This document shows, in pieces, positions 19,097 through 31,000 of a stretch of DNA of 64,000 bases. The DNA comes from Carpediemonas membranifera BICM (lineage: Eukaryota; Protista; Fornicata): the NCBI GenBank assembly GCA_019828565.1, contig JAHDYR010000003.1, forward strand, positions 186,001 through 250,000, written 5' to 3'. A model generated the notes under the pieces. That model did no database searches and was not told where the DNA came from. It worked only from the letters and a program-made list of their open reading frames with translations. A program made the translations under genes and the position numbers. Numbering within the stretch: position 1 is the stretch's first letter; the number at the start of each line of letters is the position of its first letter.

Positions 19097-21507
19097 CCGG
19101 AGGCACCCGTCGCTGTTATCGGTGTGGTAAGGTGGGGCACGTCGCGAAGGACTGTCCGGACGCCAGTAAACCCGATCAGTGTTTAGTCTTTGCCTCGGGG
19201 GTGGAAAGCAAGGTTTGGGAGTGCAGCATGAGTGTCGGGCTGAAGGAGCATGTGGTGCGGCTCGATACTTGTGCTAGCAGCAATTTCATCCCGCCGGAGT
19301 TGGCCAGAGAGTGGGGCATCCGGACGAAGTGGGCCGACCGGTGGGTCAAGCTGGGCGACAACTCGACGGCGAGAGTGCTGACGGGAGGATCGAAGAAGGT
19401 CAGACTCGCATTGAAGAAAGACGTCGACGTCACGCTCCACTGGGACGTGATCGCTGGCTGCAAACCCACAATCTGCTTCAGGACCCTTGCCGAGCTGGGC
19501 CTGATCAACGTGGAGGCCACCACGACCGACGTCGACGGCGATGAGGAGTTGCTGGCCACGATGGACGAGCAGATCCGCGAGGAGTATGCCGATTGCTTCG
19601 GCCCGGCCGACGGCGCGGCAGACCTGAAGCCGTACAAGATCAGTCTGAGTGATGATGCGGTGCCCTACTTCGAATTGCCGAGGAGGCGGCAGCCGGAGAT
19701 TGAGCAGGCACTGTCGGGGCACCTCAAGAAACTGGAAGAGGCGAAGATCATCCGTAGGTCGAAGTCGCCCTGGTCGTCGCGCGTGGTCATGGCGAAGAAG
19801 AAGGGTGGGGAGTGGCGCCCGTGCATCAACTATATCCGCTTGAACAAGTTCATCGAGGATCCCCAGCACGACCTCCCGGCCATCGACGACATCATGACGA
19901 TGCTGGAGGGCAAGGTCAAGTTCGCAGCCCTGGACGCGAGCAGCGCGTTCCACCAGGTGCCGGTCGAGGAGGGGACGCAGGAGCTGTTGGCGTTCACCAC
20001 ACCCGACGGCCACTTCACCTATAACACGATGCCGTTCGGGTTGTCGACGGCGGCGGGCCATATGCAGGCAGCGCTGGAGGAGGCGTTCGCGGACATGTTG
20101 GGGACGGCCTGCCTCATCTACGTTGACGACATCCTGGTGTTCGGGGAGACGGTGGAGGAGTACGAGGCCAACCTCCGGCATGTCATGGACCGGGTGAGGG
20201 AGCGGAAGATCAAGCTTAACGAGAAGAAGTGCGCTTTCAACCTTGACGAGGTAGAGTACTTGGGCTGGACTGTGTCGAAGGAGGGACGGTCCGTGCCTGA
20301 GTGGAGGGTGGAGGGTGTACAGAAGCTCGCCCCGGCGCACAACGTCAGCGACGTCAGGGCCCTCCTGGGTATCTTCAACTTCTTCGCGAAGTTCATCCCG
20401 GGGTACGCGGACCTGGCCGAGCCGATCAGGAGGATGGAGCTCAAGGACGCGCCGCCGTGGGGGCCGGACCAGGACAGGGCGCTCGAGGCATTGAAGAAGG
20501 CGGTCACGAGCGCGCCGGTGCTGACACACCCGGACCCGGCGAAGAGACTCGCGCTGTACACGGACGCGTCGGACAAGGGGGTCGGCGCGGTGCTGATGCA
20601 GGAGGACGAGGGCGGCAAGCGGCCGATTATGTTCTTGTCGAAGGCACTGTCCGGCTCGCAGCGCAGGTGGAGCACGTATAGGAAGGAGGCATTCGCCATT
20701 GTCCACGCGATCCGCAAGGCTCGGCGTCTGCTGGCAACGCAGGAGTTCAAGGTGTGGTGTGACCACAGGAACCTCGCGTACGTGTGGGGCGCCAATGACG
20801 ACATGGTGCAGCGGTGGGCACTCGAGCTCGCCAACTACAAATTCGACGTGGAGCACGTGCCGGGCAGCCTTAACGAGATCGCCGACGGGCTATCGAGGGC
20901 GGCGCTCGCAGAGGAGCAGGCGAAGCAGGAGCAGGAGGACATTCCGGACCAGAGTCGGACGGAGTCAGACGAGGATGGCCCAGCGGCAGCCGGCGCTGAG
21001 ACAGAAGAGAGCAAGCCGAGACCGCAGGGGCAACTGCTGTTCAGAGTAGACGAGTTCAGGACGACACAGGAGGCGAGCCCGACACTGCCGGAGAGTCAGA
21101 AGGAAGCGAGGTTCAAGGAGGTACACGGCGCTGGGAAGGGCCACCATGGGGTGCAACAGACCCTGTGGAAGCTTGAGGACATCGGACTGTCTTGGGACGG
21201 AGCCGAAGCTGACGTGTCAACGATGGTCAAACGATGCCCCGTGTGCCAGAAGTCGGGTATGGGGGGCGACCCGTACCAGTCGAGCGCCGCGCGAGCCGCT
21301 GGGACCGTATGGTCGAGTGTTCGTGGACACCATCGTCATGAAAGAGGCCGACGGCGAGTACCGGAACATCCTGACAGTTGTGGAAGAAACGTCGCGATGG
21401 GTCACCCTGGTCCCGCTGAAGACAGTGTCGTCACGAGAAACCATCGAGGCATTGCAGAGGTTCTACCTCACCCACTTCCCGATGCCGGTCGAGTGGGTAG
21501 CAGATAA
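18925..21507 (+). CDS. pol: Element A zinc knuckles, protease, reverse transcriptase, RNase H and integrase N-terminus
   Basis: [75 protein letters not shown] and H..GHHG..CPVC. Confidence 0.95.
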   Translation: MGEEEARGNEAVWAVGAPTSSTSKKDVQKQEQGQKKLHCYNCGGGGHMAKDCPEPKIAGGTRRCYRCGKVGHVAKDCPDASKPDQCLVFASGVESKVWECSMSVGLKEHVVRLDTCASSNFIPPELAREWGIRTKWADRWVKLGDNSTARVLTGGSKKVRLALKKDVDVTLHWDVIAGCKPTICFRTLAELGLINVEATTTDVDGDEELLATMDEQIREEYADCFGPADGAADLKPYKISLSDDAVPYFELPRRRQPEIEQALSGHLKKLEEAKIIRRSKSPWSSRVVMAKKKGGEWRPCINYIRLNKFIEDPQHDLPAIDDIMTMLEGKVKFAALDASSAFHQVPVEEGTQELLAFTTPDGHFTYNTMPFGLSTAAGHMQAALEEAFADMLGTACLIYVDDILVFGETVEEYEANLRHVMDRVRERKIKLNEKKCAFNLDEVEYLGWTVSKEGRSVPEWRVEGVQKLAPAHNVSDVRALLGIFNFFAKFIPGYADLAEPIRRMELKDAPPWGPDQDRALEALKKAVTSAPVLTHPDPAKRLALYTDASDKGVGAVLMQEDEGGKRPIMFLSKALSGSQRRWSTYRKEAFAIVHAIRKARRLLATQEFKVWCDHRNLAYVWGANDDMVQRWALELANYKFDVEHVPGSLNEIADGLSRAALAEEQAKQEQEDIPDQSRTESDEDGPAAAGAETEESKPRPQGQLLFRVDEFRTTQEASPTLPESQKEARFKEVHGAGKGHHGVQQTLWKLEDIGLSWDGAEADVSTMVKRCPVCQKSGMGGDPYQSSAARAAGTVWSSVRGHHRHERGRRRVPEHPDSCGRNVAMGHPGPAEDSVVTRNHRGIAEVLPHPLPDAGRVGSR

Positions 21508-22297
21508 CGGGTCGCAGTTCGCATCGACCGAGTTTCACGCGTGGGCCAGGGAGACCGGGGCGCGGGTCAACCACACGACGCCGTACTACCACGAGGAGAA
21601 CGGCGTGGTCGAGCGGTGGAACAAAGAGGTCAACCGCCACCTGCGGTGCGAGATGTATGAACGGCAGACCAGGAGATGGAAGGGTCTGCTCCCGTCGATC
21701 CAGAACATCATCAACTCGGCGCGTTCGAGGGCGACCGGGTCGTCGGCGTGGAGACTGGTAGTGGCGGATGGAACCAGAGTGACCGTGGACAAGCTCAAGG
21801 AACAGAGGATGGAGGAGGTGGAGGCTGCGCGCAGGATGATCCAGAACGAAGAAAATAGAAGAAGGAATATGGAGCAGACAGCGGCGAAGAAGAAGCAGGA
21901 CAGCCAGAAGCGAGCGGCTGACATTCAGCGGCAGCACCCTGAGTCGCGCGTGGCAGCGGGTTACTGGGTCTTCGTGGATCGCGACGCGGAGATTCGCAAG
22001 AAGTACGACCTCAAGTGGCGCGGACCGTTGATGGTGGTCAGGAAGGTCCCCGGGAAGGCGAACTCGTACGTTGTGCGAGACCCAGAGACGAAGAAGACGT
22101 ATCAGAAGCACGTTTCTCACCTGAAAGTCGCCGAGGGAGAGTGGAGCGAAGAGAAGGCCAAAGTAGCATGCGCCTTAGATAGAAGCCAGGCGTATATCAA
22201 GAAGATAGTGGACTGGAGGATTAGAAGAGACGCCAACAGGACACCGGAAGTGAGGTGCAGGTGGCTGGGATTCGAAGCCAGCGAAGACACCTTGTGA
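21146..22297 (+). CDS. Element A integrase core and chromodomain, interrupted by element B and resuming at 26320-26444
   Basis: [33 protein letters not shown] and [14 protein letters not shown]. Removing element B and one ACCT restores EDTWRVATDED...QSRK*. Confidence 0.9.
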   Translation: MGCNRPCGSLRTSDCLGTEPKLTCQRWSNDAPCARSRVWGATRTSRAPREPLGPYGRVFVDTIVMKEADGEYRNILTVVEETSRWVTLVPLKTVSSRETIEALQRFYLTHFPMPVEWVADNGSQFASTEFHAWARETGARVNHTTPYYHEENGVVERWNKEVNRHLRCEMYERQTRRWKGLLPSIQNIINSARSRATGSSAWRLVVADGTRVTVDKLKEQRMEEVEAARRMIQNEENRRRNMEQTAAKKKQDSQKRAADIQRQHPESRVAAGYWVFVDRDAEIRKKYDLKWRGPLMVVRKVPGKANSYVVRDPETKKTYQKHVSHLKVAEGEWSEEKAKVACALDRSQAYIKKIVDWRIRRDANRTPEVRCRWLGFEASEDTL

Positions 22298-22374
22298 TCT
22301 TGTCGAGGTTAAAGGTTTCAAAACAAACTGTTTATAGGGTTCGCACGTGTAGTTGGTACCCTAAACTGCTCACA
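22293..22374 (-). repeat. 3' LTR of element B (82 bp)
   Basis: Identical to 26234-26315. Confidence 0.97.
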
Positions 22375-22382
22375 CTTCCCCT

Positions 22383-25300
22383 CTAAAGGTGCAGCTCCGG
22401 GTGAGCCTCGGCATAAATGTCGAGGGCTTCGAGGTCGCGGACCTCGTGGTACGGGAGCCACTCATCGGCGCCTGGGTAGCCATCCCAGGCGACGAGGAAT
22501 TCGAGGGTAGACTTCGTGGGGCCACCACGGTGGCGGGTGATGGCCTCGACTTCGTAGGTGTCGTCGTCAAGGGAGGCGACGGTGATGTCATCGAAGGCCA
22601 GGGAGTCGTCGTACTCCACGAGCCGGGAACCGTGATACTGGAAGGTGGCGCCGGCAGTGGGGTTGTGTACGGTGTAGATGTCGTGCTCGCGGTCAGTGAT
22701 CGTGTATGGGCCAACGAGCTTAGTAGACAGCTTGGTGGGGCGCTTCGAAGGGCGCGTGACAAGCACCTTCGAGCCAATAGGAAGGGGCTCGTCGCCGAAA
22801 GCCGGACGTTTCGAGAGGACGTTCTCTTGGTGCTGGCGTGCTGTCTCAATGAGCTTGGGCTGGGCCTGGAGAACACGGCTAAAGAAGCGGCCGTATTCAC
22901 TCTTCTCCTCCCTCAACGTGGGCGTCGGACGACAGGAAGGGGGTGACGTTCTGTGAAGCGAACATGAGCTGTGCGGGGGCAATGCCCGTGGTGGCACATA
23001 TCGTGGTGTTCATGATCCGCTGGACGACTGGGAGGTAAAGGGACCAGTTGTTAACGTCGCGCAGCTCCTGAGTGATGGTACGTAGGTGTCGTGAGAGCTC
23101 GGCGTTAGCTCTTTCGACGAGCCCGTTGGCTCTGGGGTGGTATGGAAGAGAGACAACGTGTTGGGCGCCGAAGAGCTTAATGAGCTGTTGGAAAGCGGTG
23201 GCAAGGTACTGAGAACCGCGATCACTTCGGAAAGAAGACGGAGTACCGTAGCGTCCCGTGACGGAGATAAGAGCGCGAAGGGCCTCTGCAGAAGAAGCAT
23301 CCTTGCATGGGACCAGCTCTACGAAGCGTGTGAAGGTGTCAATGAAGGTGATAACGTAGCGGCATCCGTTGGAGTCTGCAGGATAAGGCCCGACCGTATC
23401 AAACGCCCAGCAGGAGCGTGGGGTGACGCCCATGGTAGGGCGGAGGCCTGTCTGAAGGCGCTTGGGAAGTCTGGCGTTCTTCTGACATATCGGGCAAGCC
23501 TTGATATACTCGGCGACAGCGTTGCTCATTCCACGGAAGTCAAGGTTTCGTTCCTTAAGGAGGCGGAGTGTAGCCTCTCGGCCGAGGTGTCCCTCGACGG
23601 CATTGTGGACAGAGGCTATGATAAGTCGCTGGAGTGTAGGGGCATTCTCGGGGGTTGGACGATGAAGCACCTGGATATGCCATCAGTGAGGGTGTTGGAG
23701 ACGCCAGAGATGTGTTCAACGACAAAGTCGAACTCTTGGAGTCTGAGGTTCCAGCGGACGACCTTGGGTGTGGTAGAACGGCGCATATAAACTAGGTTAC
23801 GGTGGTCTGTCTGTATAGCGAACGAGTGGCCGAGGAGATAGGGGAGTACTTCTCGACAACCGCGAAGAAGATGCCGAAGGCTTCCTTTTCGATGACAGCC
23901 CAGTTGCGCTCTGCGGTGGTGAATGCGTGGCTACAGTAGGAGACTACGTGTTCAACGCCATCCTTGACGTTGAGGAGCACGCCTCCACAGCCAATGTCGC
24001 TAGCATCGGTGCGAACGATAATTGGGGCAGAGTAGTCCAGGAAGGCTAAACACGGCGTGTGGGCGGCGAGGTTCTTGCTCTCTTCGAAAGCAGTCTGGGC
24101 CTCCTTTGTCCATTTCCACCGGACCTTCCCAGAGGTGAGGGCGTATAGTGGCTGTAGGATCGAGCTGAGGTTGGGGATGAACCTACGGAAATAATTCATC
24201 GCTCCACAGAAGGCCCGCGTGGTCTTGATGTCCTTAGGAGGAGCCATGGCCTGAACGGCCTTGACCCGGGCGGGGGACATGCGGATTCCCTCGGGGGAGA
24301 TGATATGGCCGAGGTATTCCACCTGCTCAGCGTACAGACAGCACTTGCTGGGATGAAGGACGAAGCGATGTTCCTTGAGAACGGCAAGGATCTCAGCTAG
24401 GCGTGTAGCTAGTTCGTCCGTGGTTGATGCGTGAATGATGATGTCGTCTATGAAGACCTCGCACGTAGTTCCGACAAACTTGGAGAGCAATTGGGTCATG
24501 ATGGCCTGGAAGGTAGCAGGAGCCGTTTTGACGCCAAATGGAACGCGCGTATACTCATAAAGGCCGGTTGGAGTTGAAAACGCGGTTATCGGAATGGAAC
24601 TTTCGGACAGTGGGATCTGGTGGTATCCACTAACGAGATCTAACGTCGCAAAGCAACGTTGGCCTGCGAGATGCGACATCAGCTCTTCTTGGTGTGCAAG
24701 TGGGAAACTGACTTGCTTGATGCGATCATTCGCCTGACGGTAGTCCACGACGAGGCGGCGGGCACCGCCCTTTTTGGGGACAGTAAAGACGGGTGCAGCC
24801 CAGGGAGAGCGTGAGGGGCGGACGATTCCTTGAGCAAGGAGCTCGTTCACCTGGTCATCAACCTCCTGCTGGATTGCAGGGGATAGACGACGCGGCGGTT
24901 GAGCAGCCGGTGTGGCGCCCTCAAGCAGCTCTATCTCCATAGGGGGAACGTCTGCTCCGTCTGGGTGGGGACGGCTGGTGAAGACTTCGGCATACTCATC
25001 ATAGACGGCTCTGATGGCTGGCGGGAGGGCAGACGCGGTTGAACCTACGTCAGGGAGCTGCTCTCCTTCATCTAGGCGAGTGACGGGTGCGTGATCCTCA
25101 TCGATCGTCTCCCTCATCGGCCGTTGGGGCCAAGGAGAGGGAGAGATCTTGGATAGTGGAGTTTGAGAGGATCAGATCCTCCGACATAGAGGGGAGGATG
25201 TAGAATGGCCGAATGGAGCGAACGCCATCAATGAGCATGGCAAGGAACACAGCTCTCTTGATGAAAACTGGACCGTTCGCGGTATCCAAACGAACGTTAG

Positions 25301-26218
25301 CGACGGCTGGAAGAGCGCCACGTTGGATAAATGATTCGGCTATCGTGGGGAGATGAGGTCAATAGTTGCACCAGTATCAAGTACTGCACAGACCTCTGTG
25401 GCAGTACTCTCGTTGATGGGAACATAGAGAGTGGCTTGGCGACAGATGAGGCCGTCGTGATCAGTGGCGGCCAGATTCGCCTTTTCGCGCTTGACTGGCG
25501 GACCCTGGATGGGAGTCTTGCGCACGCCAGAGCGGAAGAAATCTCTGTGTCCTTGATAGGGACAGTTGGGGCGGATGTGGCCCGTATGGCCACAGCCGTG
25601 GCAGGGGGCAGACGATCGTTGGGGTAGTCTAGCCCCAGCGGCGGCGCCGGGAGTCGGGCGCTTACCAGCTGGCTGGGCCGGTTCCGGCTGCAGGAGCGAC
25701 TGGAGGTTAAGGAGTTCCTCCAGTTCATCAATGGCGTGGTCCTGCGCCTCTGCGACGTCATCTGGCTGCTCCATGCGGATACGCTCCGCAAGAGGATCTG
25801 GAAGTGCCTGCAGGTATGCCTTCACCATTAGCTTCTCTGGTGGTGTGACGTCGGCTGTGAACGAGCTCCGGATAGTTTCGAAGCGTTCGATATGGTTGAG
25901 AAGCTGTGCAGGCGTTGATAAGGGGCCCGTTCGGGCGCACCGCAGCGACTTCAGCTTGGCTAGTGCTTGAACGTTACTGCGGGGGCTATAGAATGTTTGG
26001 TAGACTGTGTCCAAGACAGTATCCGCCGGAAGATCGGCCGGATTGTCGTTGAGACGGCGTGTGATGAGAAGAAGAGGCGTAGGATCCATCAGGGCAGTCG
26101 GATGGAGAAGAGGATCGTCAAGGCGTTGAGCTCGGTACGCACGGTAGGACGATCGGAACTTGGTGAACGCCTGTTCTTCTAGTGTTAGTAAGAAAGGTCT
26201 TGGTATGTAGTCGGACAT
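22383..26218 (-). CDS. Element B gag-pol, split into several frames at G/C homopolymer runs
   Basis: CHGCGHTGHIRPNC knuckle, LDTGAT protease, PFGVKTAP and FIDDIII (RT), RTDASDIGCG (RH), HNAVEGH..CPIC, SDRGSQY and ANGLVER (IN), VGPY, and chromodomain YEVEAITRHR..FLVAWDGY..EWLP. Confidence 0.9.
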
Positions 26219-26233
26219 TAGATGAGTGTACAC

Positions 26234-26315
26234 TGTGATCTTGTCGAGGTTAAAGGTTTCAAAACAAACTGTTTATAGGGTTCGCACGTGTAGTTGGTAC
26301 CCTAAACTGCTCACA
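26234..26315 (-). repeat. 5' LTR of element B (82 bp)
   Basis: Identical to 22293-22374. Confidence 0.97.
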
Positions 26316-26472
26316 ACCTGGAGAGTGGCAACAGACGAAGACATGCGGTCCAACATCGTGTTATTGAAGTACATGGAGGACCATAGCCAACTTGCAAAGT
26401 GCGTTGACGAGCATTTGCGCAAAGTCGGTCAGAGTCGGAAATAGAAGCATGGCTCTGATGGAGGAGGGGTAG

Positions 26473-26568
26473 TGTGGTATTTACATGACTATGTAGACGC
26501 AGTTAGAGCCATTATCACCGCGTAGGAGGTATACCCCTTAAACACTTCACACTTGTTTCCAGACTTCA
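26473..26568 (+). repeat. 3' LTR of element A (96 bp)
   Basis: Identical to 18220-18315, preceded by the PPT and followed by TSD CTGAA. Confidence 0.97.
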
Positions 26569-26578
26569 CTGAAGGACC

Positions 26579-26828
26579 TGTAAGGTACCTTACCTAACCT
26601 TACCTGCCCCTCCCCGGGCAGCCCCCACCAGGCTGGTTGTCTTCTACGGAAGCGCTAGATTCAAGACGCCCCGTCGGGTGCATCCATGCGCGCCGTATGG
26701 TCGCTTTGCTACCTTACTACCACACATCATGAGAGCTTTCAACATCACTGCTGTAAGCTAGTCTTCGCTTCCGGGCAAGCTAATTGAAGTGGAGAGACGA
26801 CTTGCACTGTGCACTCTATGATACTTCA
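26579..26828 (+). mobile_element. Non-coding deleted derivative of the Fanzor locus (candidate stand-alone omega-RNA)
   Basis: 26605-26753 matches 59135-59283, and 26757-26828 matches 59612-59683 with 2 mismatches. It is flanked by the direct repeat CTGAAGGACC (26569-26578 and 26829-26838). Confidence 0.9.
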
Positions 26829-27076
26829 CTGAAGGACCCACCACCGTGCCACTATGCTCCACCTGGTCGAGAATATCACGCCCAACCCCGCATGCGGTTA
26901 TTCTGTAGAGTGTCTTGTGTCATCGTGATGCTTTTCTTGATGCTACAGCTCTGAAGGGGAATTCCGACAACAAGACGTTGGCATGTTTCGGCAGCGCCGG
27001 GGAGGACGGAGCCCATATGTATGTGTTTCCATATGTATACGATAAATGGCAGCGCGAGTCCGGCGGGTGAAAGGCA

Positions 27077-27964
27077 ATGGACAACCTCAATCTCCTCCTT
27101 GCCATTGAGGAGACAGAAGCCGCCATACGAGAAGCTGGTGAAGCGCTTAGGGCGGAAAACAACGAGCTTCGGATCCTAGAGAAGCAAGTGAAGGACGACG
27201 CGCTTGCATTCGCTCACGAGGTGGAGGTGCGTCTTGAAGTCCTTGAAGAAGACATTTCCATGCAAAGGGGCAAGCTTGCAGTGATGAAAGAGGAGAATCA
27301 AGGCATCTGCAGCGTGCTACCCCCGGATCCTGGCGCGGACATCGAACGGCTTGAAGCTCAGCTCGAGATGGTCGAGGCCGAGCGGGCGGACATTGAGAAC
27401 AAGCACGAGGCATCAGTGATCATTCTCAAGAACACCCTGACCGAGCTGCAGGCGGAGTTCGCTGAGCTGTGCCCGTCCATTGCCCATGAAGGCCTCGGCC
27501 GGCCAGTAGACGCCGCTGCATCAGACGAGGAGTCTGTGGAAGAGACAGAAGACGACGGCACCACCCTCTACATGCCCGAGCTGCCTTACCAGACCGCGGG
27601 CGAGGTCGAAGACATATGCCGCCAGTTCGTCCGCCAGTTCCATCAGGACTCCACCGTGGTCAATTCCGTCGAGAAAAACGGGAAAGTCGCCCGCGAGTTC
27701 GACTTTGGCGGAGTCGAAGTGACTCTACCCAAGTCGGTCAAGTTTGTCCTCGGCACCCGCACCGTTGTATTGTTCCAGAACGGTGACTGCCGGCTGGTCG
27801 ACCAGGGTCTATCTGCCCACGTATTTACTGCCCATGGCCTGGTTGAGATTAGGATGGATGACGGCACAATGGTGCTGTTCCCAGATCGGGTCGAGTGGCG
27901 CTCGGGCGACAGAGTTATCGTCGAGATGGATGGTAAGAGGCGGGAAGTAGTGCTGCCTGGATGA
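27077..27964 (+). CDS. Coiled-coil protein with a TCP/G-box-like C-terminal domain (SAS-4/CENPJ-like)
   Basis: N-terminal coiled coil. The C-terminus has glycine-turn beta repeats NGKVAREF, VVLFQNGDCRLV, DDGTMVLFPD and MDGKRREV. Confidence 0.55.
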   Translation: MDNLNLLLAIEETEAAIREAGEALRAENNELRILEKQVKDDALAFAHEVEVRLEVLEEDISMQRGKLAVMKEENQGICSVLPPDPGADIERLEAQLEMVEAERADIENKHEASVIILKNTLTELQAEFAELCPSIAHEGLGRPVDAAASDEESVEETEDDGTTLYMPELPYQTAGEVEDICRQFVRQFHQDSTVVNSVEKNGKVAREFDFGGVEVTLPKSVKFVLGTRTVVLFQNGDCRLVDQGLSAHVFTAHGLVEIRMDDGTMVLFPDRVEWRSGDRVIVEMDGKRREVVLPG

Positions 27965-28055
27965 TTGGTGGCCAATAATAGCACGCTTCTAGACCATGGC
28001 CGGCCTAATTACATGATTTATCGAACTTAGCCCTATCATATTTAATATAAACTGC

Positions 28056-31000
28056 CTAGAACAACTCCATCCTCCTCAGAGACGCGCTGACCCTCGCCTC
28101 CAAGCTACTCTTGGACCCCTGCCCTCCCCTGTCTCTCCCCACGGCCGCCGTCTGCTCCACCACGCCGAAAACACCGCCCCCAGCATCGGGGGTGGGTGCC
28201 GACTGCGGCTTTCTGACGGGCGAGGCAGACGCTGGGCTCTTACTCGGTGGCCTGGGCGATGAGTACCGGTTGAGCAAGGCCGCCCGCTCAATAACGAGAG
28301 TGGAGATCTGCTGCTGCAAATCTTGGATCAGATCCGCCTCCTGTGCACCCCTGGAGTCCATCTGCTCCCTCAGTGCGGTAACCTGGGCCCTGAGCGTCGC
28401 TATGGTGCCCTGCGTGGTCTCACCCTGCTCGATGAGGTCAGCCAGCTCCCGGTCCTTGGCCTCAAGGTCTGATCGGAGCTTGGCATTGTCACACTGGTCT
28501 GTCTCTAGCTGTTCGGCAGAGCTCTGGGCCCGGGCCAGCAATGACAGCTCCAGATCACGTAGCCTGGTCTTCTCTGACTCGAGTGACTCCAAATCTGACT
28601 CGAGGCGAGTCTTAGCTTCTTCCAGCTCGGCGGCGGTCTTCCCACTCTGGGCGATGCTCTCCTCGACCCTGCTCTCCCGGTCAGCAACGAGTTTCTCATG
28701 CTCGGCCACGCGGGCCTGTCTCGCCTCGAGCTCGGCCCTGTCGGCGATGAGCTCAGCCTTCTGCTCGGCAAGCTTCTCCTGCTTATGGACGACATCGTTC
28801 ATCTCAGTTTTGATTGACTCAAAATCTGAGCTGAGGGCGTTATGGATCTCGTTGATCACCGATTCTCTCGCGGCAACCTGCTCTTCAAAGAGCTTGAGAG
28901 CCCCTTCCCTGTCTTCCACAGCCTTGGCGCCGTTAGTGTAGAGGGTTTCAAGCTGATCGACGGCGTTCTCGAGCTGCAGGAGCTTGAGTTCCACCGCCTT
29001 CTTCAGCCCTTCGATCTCCGCCACGCCGGCGTCAATTGCGCTCGGTGCAGCCTTCAGCGGCGACCCGTTGCCCAACTCGTCTCTCGAATTCCTGTGCTGC
29101 CGAGACAGCTCCATCTTCAATCTCAGTAGACTTGAGTCCCGTTCTGCGATTGCATCCCTCAGGTCTCTTGGGGAGGCTGAGGGCAGGGGGGACTCGAGCA
29201 CCTTAAAGGCGGACTTGGACAAGGGAGGCAAGGTCGGTAAGAAGTCGTCAGAGTCAGTCGAGTCAAATGTGCCGGAATATGACTCATCCGACTCCGAGAC
29301 TGACTTGACTCTGGGGGTAGAGTGCCGGACTCGGGCGGGGTCACTGCTGATGAGGCGGGCCGACTGGGATGATGACCTCTCCCTCACCCCATGGTCGCTG
29401 TGCTCTGGCCTGGGCGTCACTGTGTGGGTCGTGCGGAGGAAATCGATCATCCGCTGGGCGGTGGAAAGCTTGGCCGCCGTCTTGGCGACTGAGGCCTGGA
29501 GGGAGTCGATATCCTCTCGGGCGGATGTGAGGTCTGCTTGAGCTTGAGCGAGGTCGGCGCGGGTAGTTCTGATCGTCTCGTCCTTCTCGTTCAGCTCCGC
29601 GACACATTTGTCGTTAAAGTGCGACATCGCTTCGAGACGGTCTCGCGCGGCATCGACGTCTGCGTTGCTCTGTTGCGCCTCGCTCAGCGCTGACCGAAGG
29701 GAGTCGACCTCGTCGTGCGCAGCCTCTAAGTCGCCCATCGCGTCTGCGTTGCTCTGCTGCGCCTCGCTCAGCGCTGACCGAAGGGAGTCGACCTCGTCTT
29801 GCGCGGCCTCTAAGTCTGCGCGCGTCGCCCTGATCGTCTCGTCCTTCTCGTTCAGCTCCGCGACACATTTGTCGTTAAAGTGCGACATCGCTTCGAGACG
29901 GTCTCGCGCGGCATCGACGTCTGCGTTGCTCTGTTGCGCCTCGCTCAGCGCTGACCGAAGGGAGTCGACCTCGTCGTGCGCAGCCTCTAAGTCGCCCATC
30001 GCGTCTGCGTTGCTCTGCTGCGCCTCGCTCAGCGCTGACCGAAGGGAGTCGACCTCGTCGTGCGCAGCCTCTAAGTCGCCCATCGCGTCTGCGTTGCTCT
30101 GCTGCGCCTCGCTCAGCGCTGACCGAAGGGAGTCGACCTCGTCTTGCGCGGCCTCTAAGTCTGCGCGCGTCGCCCCTGATCGTCTCGTCCTTCTCGTTCA
30201 GCTCCGCGACACATTTGTCGTTAAAGTGCGACATCGCTTCGAGACGGTCTCGCGCGGCATCGACGTCTGCGTTGCTCTGTTGCGCCTCGCTCAGCGCTGA
30301 CCGAAGGGAGTCGACCTCGTCGTGCGCAGCCTCTAAGTCGCCCATCGCGTCTGCGTTGCTCTGCTGCGCCTCGCTCAGCGCTGACCGAAGGGAGTCGACC
30401 TCGTCTTGCGCGGCCTCTAAGTCTGCGCGCGTCGCCCTGATCGTCTCGTCCTTCTCGTTCAGCTCCGCGACACATTTGTCGTTAAAGTGCGACATCGCTT
30501 CGAGACGGTCTCGCGCGGCATCGACGTCTGCGTTGCTCTGTTGCGCCTCGCTCAGCGCTGACCGAAGGGAGTCGACCTCGTCGTGCGCAGCCTCTAAGTC
30601 GCCCATCGCGTCTGCGTTGCTCTGCTGCGCCTCGCTCAGCGCTGACCGAAGGGAGTCGACCTCGTCTTGCGCGGCCTCTAAGTCTGCGCGCGTCGCCCTG
30701 ATCGTCTCGTCCTTCTCGTTCAGCTCCGCGACACATTTGTCGTTAAAGTGCGACATCGCTTCGAGACGGTCTCGCGCGGCATCGACGTCTGCGTTGCTCT
30801 GTTGCGCCTCGCTCAGCGCTGACCGAAGGGAGTCGACCTCGTCGTGCGCAGCCTCTAAGTCGCCCATCGCGTCTGCGTTGCTCTGCTGCGCCTCGCTCAG
30901 CGCTGACCGAAGGGAGTCGACCTCGTCGTGCGCAGCCTCTAAGTCGCCCATCGCGTCTGCGTTGCTCTGCTGCGCCTCGCTCAGCGCTGACCGAAGGGAG

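Larger units (their letters stand above)
22293..26315 (-). mobile_element. Nested Ty3/Gypsy (chromovirus-like) LTR retrotransposon B, 4023 bp
   Basis: Identical 82-bp LTRs (22293-22374 and 26234-26315, TGTGA...TCACA), 4-bp TSD ACCT, and minus-strand PPT AGAGGGGAAG at 22375-22384. Confidence 0.97.
18220..26568 (+). mobile_element. Ty3/Gypsy (chromovirus-like) LTR retrotransposon A, about 4.3 kb without its nested insertion
   Basis: Identical 96-bp LTRs (18220-18315 and 26473-26568, TG...CA), 5-bp TSD CTGAA (18215-18219 and 26569-26573), and PPT GGAGGAGGGGTAG before the 3' LTR. Domain order is gag, CCHC knuckles, PR, RT, RH, IN, chromodomain. Confidence 0.97.

Noticed and set aside
18974-25350. 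Multiple frameshifts in both retrotransposons as programmed frameshifting
   Set aside because: The breaks fall at or near G/C homopolymer runs (about 18974, 21261, 22920, 23650, 23841, 25126, 25347), including inside RNase H and integrase, while the LTRs are identical. Unpolished long-read indels in multicopy repeats are the simpler explanation.
30172-30178. Frameshift splitting the repeat protein into two genes
   Set aside because: There is a single extra C in one of many identical units, probably a sequencing error.
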